Below are positions 34,543 to 41,305 of a DNA stretch of 41,305 nucleotides, in pieces. This stretch comes from an uncultured bacterium (GTDB lineage: Bacteria > Armatimonadota > Hebobacteria > CAIYQO01): NCBI GenBank assembly GCA_964573385.1, contig CAZNLA010000004.1, forward strand, positions 1-41,305. The letters run 5' to 3'. The stretch's first letter is position 1. Each line of letters starts with the position of its first letter. Under the pieces are notes generated by a model that had not been told where the DNA came from, searched no databases, and worked only from the letters and a program-made list of their open reading frames with translations. Made by a program: the position numbers and the translations under genes.

Positions 34543-36774
34543 TTATATTTTTATTACCACAACCCGGCGTGCAGGTATCTCAACTGTCAAATTACCATCT
34601 TCATGCGCGACTATATTTCCGTCTGTTAATATTTCTGGTTTAATGCCGGTTATTTCAAATGACTCCGTGGTTGGTATATCCCCGAAGTTTGCAATCACCA
34701 GATATATAAAATTGTCCGCGCCAATTATGCTAACCGCGCGGTTCCATTGTGATATCACTGGTAATTGACACCCATTTTGCGCTGTCATAAATGCCGCGGT
34801 TTCCATGGAATTCGCGCCGGCCATTATTACTGTGCCTATATCAAATAACACCGTATTTGCGTCATATCCGCGAGCATCCGCAGTGGCACCACAGCAGATT
34901 TCATCAACATACAGATTACCACCGCACATCATGGCGTATGGCTGATATGGTGATGATTTTATGGTTATCTGACGGTCGGCAGGGCGGTAAATGCACAGCT
35001 TTTCGCCATATAGAGATATTATGCCAAGTTTGTCATCTATATTAAGCCAATCACCGGGGATTGGCAGATTTTCTTCTTTTCCCGGACACCCCGGCAACGT
35101 GGTTTGTCCATTAGCATGATAATAATTCCGCTGCAAACCGTTAAATATATCGTTGGGAATCTGCAGGAATAAACCTTTAACTTCGCGCAACCAAACGCGA
35201 TTTATGGTTTTGGCGTGTTGCATTACCACCATAGTGCGGTCATCCGGCAGGGCAACACAGGCGATGTCAATATCGGCAACATTGCGGGGTGATTCGCCTT
35301 CTGCCACAAATTGTTGGCTGTTCACCGTCACCCGTCCACAGGTGGCAAAACCGCCGGGGAAGGTCGCATTTTGGTCGGGGTGGCAAACTGCATCATTAAT
35401 ATAACCCATGCCAATAACTTTTCCACCCAAATTCCCCTGCCATTCCGCCATATTGCTGGAATCCGCCGGCAAAGATATCCCCTGGGGTGGTTTTGCGGCA
35501 CCCCATGTCCACGACGCTTTTCGCCGCGAACCGTTTATCAACATACTGCCATGATATTCGTCTGACCATTCCGTCAATACCGGGATAGAACTGGTATCTT
35601 TCACTGCAGATTTCGGTAGAGATAACCTGTGCCAGTATGCCCCCATCGACAATGTTCCCGCCCGGTCACCTTCTAACCGTAAATAATACAATGGCGACGC
35701 TTTTTTAAGTTGGTGTAACCGCGTCGACAGAAATGTGCCGTCATTGTTAACATCAGTTTCAATTTTCAGCAAATCCAGCCAACCGTTTTCGTATGTTTCA
35801 ACGTCATCATCGCCAAATAAGTCCCGCGCCAATAGCCATGCTGGCACGGCGTAGTCCTGACAATAGCAATAACGCACCCGGGTATCGCCACCGATGCGCC
35901 ACAACCGCCCATCCGGAAAGGTGCATGTCTTCACCAATTGCCACAATTCTCGGGCATGGTGGTACAAACCCGCCGGTGGTTGCCACCCATGTGTGCGACA
36001 GGCGAAATGCAACATGGCGATATTGGACAGACAAATAACCATATACCCGACATTCAGATATCCGTGGTGGTTGCACGCCATCGTACCATACATGTTTGCC
36101 CCGACATGCCAGTTGGCTAAAGGGCGACCGTTAATTATCTCCCGGCTTACCGCGTCTGAAGGCGTTGATATTCCATTCAGCAGAAAACGCGTCGCTTTTT
36201 CCAGATATTCATCGCGCCGGGGGGTATCCGCCACCATTTGTGCTGTCCGGTACAGCAAACAGCCATTCCATATATTACTTTCCGGCTTGTTATTTTGCAC
36301 CAAACCAGCAACAATTTCATAATTATCCAATAACCAGTCAGATTCTGACACCAGCACCCGGTTCAGCAAATCCCGTTCTTCCTGCGGGAAATTTGCTCCT
36401 AACGCGTCAATGCCATGCATCAACCTTTCCAACCCAAGCACACTAATCCACGCGTGTCCCCATGGCAATCCGTCAGTGGTTACCCCGCCGTTAACGTGGT
36501 GACTGGCAAGATAAAAATGAATAAGCCGCAACGCCCACGACCGCATTTCATCACGACTCATACCGGCACGCGCGGTATCACACGCCGGGTCTGCCGACAA
36601 CACCGCGAAAGCGGACGCGGCAGTGGCATTCGCCTGTAATGCCCAATGCCCATGGTCGCCGGGACCATAGCAAGCCGAAGCCAAATCACCGGGAATCTCA
36701 TAAAGATTACCGCGCATAGCCGCCGGCCAACCTTCCAAAGCGCGAAGATATCTATTTTGCAACACGGTAACCAT
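34543..36774 (-). CDS. Hypothetical 743-aa protein with no signal peptide. Helix-rich N-terminal half and beta-rich C-terminal half. A glycan lyase/hydrolase-like architecture is only a guess.
   Basis: Long uninterrupted ORF with GGAG 8 nt upstream of the ATG at 36774. I could not place any catalytic motif in a family. Confidence 0.7.
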   Translation of the reverse strand: MVTVLQNRYLRALEGWPAAMRGNLYEIPGDLASACYGPGDHGHWALQANATAASAFAVLSADPACDTARAGMSRDEMRSWALRLIHFYLASHHVNGGVTTDGLPWGHAWISVLGLERLMHGIDALGANFPQEERDLLNRVLVSESDWLLDNYEIVAGLVQNNKPESNIWNGCLLYRTAQMVADTPRRDEYLEKATRFLLNGISTPSDAVSREIINGRPLANWHVGANMYGTMACNHHGYLNVGYMVICLSNIAMLHFACRTHGWQPPAGLYHHARELWQLVKTCTFPDGRLWRIGGDTRVRYCYCQDYAVPAWLLARDLFGDDDVETYENGWLDLLKIETDVNNDGTFLSTRLHQLKKASPLYYLRLEGDRAGTLSMGAYWHRLSLPKSAVKDTSSIPVLTEWSDEYHGSMLINGSRRKASWTWGAAKPPQGISLPADSSNMAEWQGNLGGKVIGMGYINDAVCHPDQNATFPGGFATCGRVTVNSQQFVAEGESPRNVADIDIACVALPDDRTMVVMQHAKTINRVWLREVKGLFLQIPNDIFNGLQRNYYHANGQTTLPGCPGKEENLPIPGDWLNIDDKLGIISLYGEKLCIYRPADRQITIKSSPYQPYAMMCGGNLYVDEICCGATADARGYDANTVLFDIGTVIMAGANSMETAAFMTAQNGCQLPVISQWNRAVSIIGADNFIYLVIANFGDIPTTESFEITGIKPEILTDGNIVAHEDGNLTVEIPARRVVVIKI

Positions 36775-37107
36775 AATATTGCTCCATGGGAATTGTGAAA
36801 TTATTATTTATATCTTTCTATCTTCAGTTATCAGTACCTGCTGAATAAAACTTACCCCATGATTAACATAATCTACTCTCCGTGAATCTCCGTGACTCCT
36901 CTATAAATCTCTCTGTGTAATAATGGCAATTTTTCATAAAATTTTTGCGTGGTATTATAATTATCAACCCCGTCTCGTCGCCGAATACGACTATATATTC
37001 TGCAAATAACGCCGTCGCGGGAATTGGGGACAATTCCCCTACCAATCACCGGATATGTCAAAGGTTGGGGAGATGTCCTCATCTCCCGCGACAGTGTAAT
37101 TATTATT

Positions 37108-37215
37108 ATCAGGACTTTCGCTGATAAAGAGAAAATATGCTTATAATGGTCGCTTCGACAAGCTCAGCGACCGGTCACTGAGCTTGTCGAAGTGACCGTG
37201 AGCGAAAGTCCTGAT
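37108..37215. repeat. C-family MITE-like palindromic element, copy 2 (best preserved)
   Basis: Termini ATCAGGACTTTCGCT and AGCGAAAGTCCTGAT are perfectly inverted. Core GGTCGCTTCGACAAGCTCAGCGACC (37148-37172) plus GGTCACTGAGCTTGTCGAAGTGACC (37173-37197). Confidence 0.8.
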
Positions 37216-37264
37216 TATATAAAACAGGAAACGGCGATATTTTTTTAGCAAATGTAATACCATG

Positions 37265-37313
37265 CAAATTGTAAATTGCAAATTGTAAATTGCTAATTGC
37301 TAATTGCTAATTG
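37265..37313. repeat. Heptamer tandem repeat (YWAATTG) x7
   Basis: caaattg taaattg caaattg taaattg ctaattg ctaattg ctaattg. Confidence 0.85.
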
Positions 37314-37456
37314 TAGAAACCTGTGTACCAAGAGTATTGCGAGCATCCTGCTCGCAATACATTATTATATCAAAAAAATATTTTTAATTTTTCATTATTA
37401 ATTTTTAATTTAATTATATTCTCTGTGTCACCAACAAAACAAAAACAAACGCCAAC

Positions 37457-38626
37457 TCACGGTTCCGACGACCATATTGCGCAACGGAAACCTACAAATT
37501 CTAATTTGAAGGTTGATGGGCCAAAAAAACGGGATGCGGCGCGGAAGTCGCCGGGGTCGCTGCTGGACCAACTGCCGCCGCGTAATACATGCTTTGTTCC
37601 GGCAGGTGGTCCGGTTGGGTTATTCATCGGTGCGGCATTGTAATAATCCGCGCTATACCAATCCGCGCACCATTCCCTTACATTGCCTGCCATATCCATC
37701 ACGCCATACGGGCTTGCCCCGGATATAAAACTACCGGAGGGCATGGTTTTGCCATTTGCATTGGTCACATTACAACATTTCCTGGCATCCCATTCATCTC
37801 CCCATGGATATGTATGGCCCTCTACACCACGAATTGCTTTTTCCCATTGCGCCTCGGTGGGTAATGACGCGTTTGCCCACACGGCGTACGCCTTGGCGGC
37901 ATCCCAGGTTACATTTACCACCGGGTGAGTTTCAATCCATCCCCACGATGGCGCATGTGGCATAACCCGTCCGGTATCCTGACAAAATGTGCGGTACTGT
38001 GCCACTGTGACTTCCGTCATATAAATGTAATACCCGTCCATTTTCACACTATGCTGGGGTTTTTCGTCATCACTGGCAGCTTCGTCGGTTACCTTGCTCC
38101 CCATTATAAACTCGCCTGCCGGTATATACATCATACTGGCGCCATCTTTAATATTTTTTTTCATTACTTTATTATATTTATATGGCACTGTCGCCTTGCT
38201 GCTTTCTCTAATAAATATAGAAAAAATTAAAATAAATATCATCACAACAAGTATTATAACCATATATAAAACCCGGTTTCCGGATTTATCTTTGCTCTTT
38301 TTATTTATAGTGTCATTCCCGGTTAAGGCGTCCGACCATGCCCGCACCACCCAATCTGCCGTTGTTTTATCCATCTGCCTATGCGTCATCATCTTCTCTA
38401 TCAGGTGTGCAATCAGCATTTTCGGGTTGGTAAAACCAGTCGGTGGGTGATTCAGGTTAGCCGCCACCCCTTCCTCAAGTGCGACAATTAACAGATTCAC
38501 CTCATGCCCGTATTCACCGGCACAATGGTGCAACAGCAAGGTACGGCATCGCCTGGCATCCGCAATTACGCTTATCCCATGCAACTGAATCACCGACTTT
38601 AATATCTCTATTACTTCGTTATTCAC
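37457..38626 (-). CDS. Membrane-anchored FGE/SUMF1-domain (formylglycine-generating-enzyme-like, C-type-lectin fold) protein
   Basis: Cytoplasmic N-domain. TM VLYMVIILVVMIFILIFSIFI. FGE-type motifs MYIPAGEFIMGS, YYIYMTEVTVAQY, HPVVNVTWDAAKAYAVWA, LPTEAQWEKA, YPWG, NVREWCADW, LRGGSW, GFRC. The start codon is a GTG at 38626 lying inside a heptamer repeat, so it is uncertain. Confidence 0.8.
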   Translation of the reverse strand: MNNEVIEILKSVIQLHGISVIADARRCRTLLLHHCAGEYGHEVNLLIVALEEGVAANLNHPPTGFTNPKMLIAHLIEKMMTHRQMDKTTADWVVRAWSDALTGNDTINKKSKDKSGNRVLYMVIILVVMIFILIFSIFIRESSKATVPYKYNKVMKKNIKDGASMMYIPAGEFIMGSKVTDEAASDDEKPQHSVKMDGYYIYMTEVTVAQYRTFCQDTGRVMPHAPSWGWIETHPVVNVTWDAAKAYAVWANASLPTEAQWEKAIRGVEGHTYPWGDEWDARKCCNVTNANGKTMPSGSFISGASPYGVMDMAGNVREWCADWYSADYYNAAPMNNPTGPPAGTKHVLRGGSWSSSDPGDFRAASRFFGPSTFKLEFVGFRCAIWSSEP

Positions 38627-38676
38627 TCAACTTTTCACTTCACTCAACTTTTTACTTCACTCTTCACTCTTCACTC
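38622..38676. repeat. TTCACTC-based repeats filling the spacer between the two FGE-domain genes
   Basis: TTCACTCAACTTTT at 38622-38635 and 38639-38652. TTCACTC x3 in tandem at 38656-38676. Confidence 0.85.
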
Positions 38677-38680
38677 TTCG

Positions 38681-39943
38681 TTACGGTCCTGGAGATACGC
38701 AACGAAAACCACAGGTATCGTCTCCTACACTATTTATTTGACCACCTTGACGATATGTACCGCGACCGTGATTACCAGTTCCCTTAATAAAGTCCCATGA
38801 ACCACCTCGTAAAATATGAAGATTTCCTGTGGTTGGACCAGAAATCGGGTTATTCACAGGTATCAATGAATAATTACCATTCCAATCTTCACACCACTCA
38901 GTTATACTTCCAGACATATCTTTCGCTCCGCACCAACTTATATCAGAAGAAAAACTGCCAATTGGCCACGTACTAATATTCTTATTTGCAGAATTATTAC
39001 TATTTGCACATTTTGTCTGGTCCCAACCATTAGTTGGCTCCGTAACTGTTGCAGTACCACCCCATGGGTAATTATTTTCCAATGGACCACGCACAGCATA
39101 TTCCCATTGCGCCTCTGTTGGCAAATTAACTCCAGCCCAATTTGCATAGGCATTACAATCTGCCCAAGAAACATTAACAATAGGATGTTTTTGTAAAGTC
39201 GGATCAAACCAATTGGATTTACCTGCCCAACTGAATCCAGATGGGAATTGTGGTAATATACGCGAAGTCACATTACAAAAATCAAGGTATTGCTCCACAG
39301 TCACCTCATATTTATATATCCAGTATCCGGTTAATGTAACTTCCTGTGTTGGCGGAGTACCACAACTAACATCATAAAGTGAACCCATGGTAAAAGTACC
39401 TGCTGGTACCCAAGGTACCCATTTCATTACCGCATCGTCAATTGGATTTGTTTTTTCTGTCCCAAGGGCAATTGGTATTTGTGATAAAGATGCTACATGA
39501 CCATCAATAAAACTGAAAATTGCATTAAAATAATGCCGGAGTTCGACATTATCTTTGATGCCATCTGCTGTCATAAAGGTACTGGTTGGGTCAGGTATTC
39601 GTGTCACATCACCCAGCGAAGCTTCAGAAATATTATCGTTGTATATATATGAGATATTGATATTATTTATCGTTGTTGGGCAGTGTAATATTTTCACATC
39701 CACCTTAATATCCTGCCACACCGTAGCACTAGCCGGCAAGGTTTCCTCATGGTCCTGCGCATACATCTGGCACTCCGCCGCTATTTGCCGTTGGTTGCTG
39801 GTACAGGTAGCCTGCCGCGCCTTCTCCCGCGCCCGTGCGAAAACCGGGAACAGGATGGCGGCCAGGACAGATATTATGGCTATGACGACAAGTAGTTCAA
39901 TAAGCGTAAATCCTTGCTTATGGTAATTTTTTATTTCATTCAT
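38681..39943 (-). CDS. Prepilin-type N-terminal methylation domain plus H-X9-DG module fused to an FGE/SUMF1-like domain
   Basis: GFTLIELLVVIAIISVLAAILFPVFARAREKARQ is the type IV pilin-like leader/helix. HYFNAIFSFIDGH fits H-X9-DG. FGE motifs WVPAGTFTMGS, YWIYKYEVTVEQY, HPIVNVSWADCNAYANWA, LPTEAQWEYA, YPWG, ITEWCEDW, LRGGSW, GFRC. GGAG SD. Confidence 0.86.
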   Translation of the reverse strand: MNEIKNYHKQGFTLIELLVVIAIISVLAAILFPVFARAREKARQATCTSNQRQIAAECQMYAQDHEETLPASATVWQDIKVDVKILHCPTTINNINISYIYNDNISEASLGDVTRIPDPTSTFMTADGIKDNVELRHYFNAIFSFIDGHVASLSQIPIALGTEKTNPIDDAVMKWVPWVPAGTFTMGSLYDVSCGTPPTQEVTLTGYWIYKYEVTVEQYLDFCNVTSRILPQFPSGFSWAGKSNWFDPTLQKHPIVNVSWADCNAYANWAGVNLPTEAQWEYAVRGPLENNYPWGGTATVTEPTNGWDQTKCANSNNSANKNISTWPIGSFSSDISWCGAKDMSGSITEWCEDWNGNYSLIPVNNPISGPTTGNLHILRGGSWDFIKGTGNHGRGTYRQGGQINSVGDDTCGFRCVSPGP

Positions 39944-40291
39944 TTAAAGTCTCCAAATCTGTTTAATAAATCTTTTTTAATAATTTTAATACTAATAGTA
40001 ATACATTACAATAGGTAAATTGAGGAAATTATTAAAAAAAATAATAATTAACGGTAATGTTGAATTTTAATTTGTTGTATGACAACTAACCGAATTTAAA
40101 TACATAAAATATTTTTCTATATAATTGCCCCATTAGGGGCTATATGTCTATAGCAATGTGTCACAAATCAATCCGATTCCGTATTGGGGTCGAAAAATAA
40201 TTGCCGGTGCTGATATGATTCGACACTTGGGGTGAAAATTGGTATTGAATTGTGGTTTAATAAATAATAAAATGTTTACAGCTTTTTTAAT

Positions 40292-40315
40292 TTACCACAA
40301 AAGAACGCACAAAAC
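40292..40315. repeat. D-family repeat fragment
   Basis: TTACCACAAAAGAACGCACAAAAC compared with 17385-17408 TTACCACAAAAGAACGCAAAGAAC. Confidence 0.6.
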
Positions 40316-40561
40316 AGTTTTGTGAGCTGTGTAACTTAAAACAATTTGCCACTTCAACAGCCTTGTTTTACAGATAAAGTCACTGCTAAGGGGAGCCGGG
40401 CTGCGACCCTGTTCCAAACGGTGACCAATTTTGGAAGTATATATTTTTAATAAATATTAATATCTGTTGTAAATATTTCACTTTAACAGATAATTTCCTT
40501 TACATTAATTATATCCATTGCTACAATTAACTATATAATTTATGTTGAGGTGTCGGTTATT

Positions 40562-41212
40562 ATGAATTGCGTAAAGTGTGGCACTGCGATAAATACAGAA
40601 ATCGAAAATTGTCCGCAATGCGGAGAAAAAATTGTCAACTTTTCTGATTCTGTTGAAGCGCGTTTGGAACAGGCACATCGAATGCGTGAAATGCAGTTAT
40701 ACAGTAAATCTATCTCATTGTATCAGGAATTATTGAAAGAAGATGGCATCACCGAACACGCATCGATATACGAAAGAATTGGTGAGGCATATTTTGAAAG
40801 TGGTGATGCACACCAGGCTATTATTGCTTTTGAAAAAGCTTTAGCATTAAAACCAACCTATGATTTACAAGAAAAATTGTTTGACGCGAAACAAGCGACA
40901 AATGCCACCCCAATTATAAGAAAAACAGTTGTAAAACCAGAGAAAATTGTTACAAAAAAAGATACACCTACCCCAGTTAATAATAAAATAACCAATTCTG
41001 TAAAACAACCACACCATTTTAATTTACAAGAATTTTGGCAAAGTATGACTTCCCCCAATCGTGTTAACCATGTAATGGTTTGGGCGATAGTAATAATGAT
41101 AATATCCATAACCACCCTGGTGCGCCCATGGGAATGGTTTATGCCGAAAAAATCGTTGTTATTAAAACCACCAAGATTAAACTCACCATCTGCCACACAC
41201 CAGAGAAGATGA
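40562..41212 (+). CDS. Zinc-ribbon plus TPR-repeat protein with a C-terminal membrane anchor
   Basis: MNCVKCGTAINTEIENCPQCGEKI has two CxxC pairs. TPR-like YERIGEAYFESGDAHQAIIAFEKALALKP. Hydrophobic VMVWAIVIMIISITTLV. Start taken at the ATG at 40562 rather than the GTG at 40550. Confidence 0.7.
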   Translation: MNCVKCGTAINTEIENCPQCGEKIVNFSDSVEARLEQAHRMREMQLYSKSISLYQELLKEDGITEHASIYERIGEAYFESGDAHQAIIAFEKALALKPTYDLQEKLFDAKQATNATPIIRKTVVKPEKIVTKKDTPTPVNNKITNSVKQPHHFNLQEFWQSMTSPNRVNHVMVWAIVIMIISITTLVRPWEWFMPKKSLLLKPPRLNSPSATHQRR

Positions 41213-41305
41213 GTAAGTTAGGTGCCATGCATGTTGGAATTTAAAAATTAAAAAATTAAAAATTGTTTAGAAAGATTGCATGTTGGAAATTGGAAATTAA
41301 AAATT

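Noticed and set aside
37457-39943. Diversity-generating retroelement targeting the C-terminal FGE/C-type-lectin-fold domains
   Set aside because: There is no reverse transcriptase gene, and I found no template/variable repeat pair with adenine-specific mismatches. The C-terminal RGGSW...GFRC regions look like ordinary FGE domains.

Overview
41.3-kb bacterial chromosomal window. I saw no rRNA, tRNA or CRISPR array. Compact gene blocks are separated by unusually long spacers filled with repeats. All coordinates and counts below are hand-derived from the sequence and the ORF track.

(1) 116-11460, minus strand: a tightly packed array of about 11 kb. It runs membrane PAS sensor, kaiC, two tandem kaiB, two paralogous histidine kinases, CheY-like regulator, hybrid kinase, CheY-like regulator, REC-HD-GYP regulator. 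There is no kaiA.

(2) 11.7-17.2 kb: a metal block. A Fur-family regulator and a Cys/His-rich permease converge on an ECF-type Ni/Co uptake operon: nikR, a beta-rich secreted protein, a cbiM/N fusion, cbiQ and cbiO. A perfect 19-bp inverted repeat with a GTGTTAC-N13-GTAACAC core abuts the nikR start codon.

(3) 17.6-24.5 kb: a GH94 glycan phosphorylase divergent from a roughly 1300-aa secreted protein.

(4) 25.06-32.25 kb: an EcoR124-like (type IC) restriction-modification operon, hsdM-[GIY-YIG]-[RhuM]-hsdS-hsdR, translationally coupled throughout. hsdS carries a 12-bp x4 tandem repeat encoding the TAEL/ELTA spacer motif. A pRiA4b-ORF3-like gene follows.

(5) 33.26-34.54 kb: an ORF-free mosaic of hairpin (REP/REPIN-like) repeats. 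Related copies lie in other spacers.

(6) 34.5-41.2 kb: a 743-aa hypothetical protein, two FGE/SUMF1-domain proteins and a zinc-ribbon/TPR membrane protein. One FGE protein is fused to a prepilin plus H-X9-DG module, which hints at a PVC-type host.

The candidates most worth a second look are:
- the KaiA-less KaiC(coiled-coil tail)-KaiB-KaiB module wired to an HD-GYP output
- the two-gene cassette embedded in the R-M operon
- the palindromic motif that recurs in frame in the hsd genes
- the co-varying hairpin-doublet repeats that bracket the R-M island

None can be proven from sequence alone.
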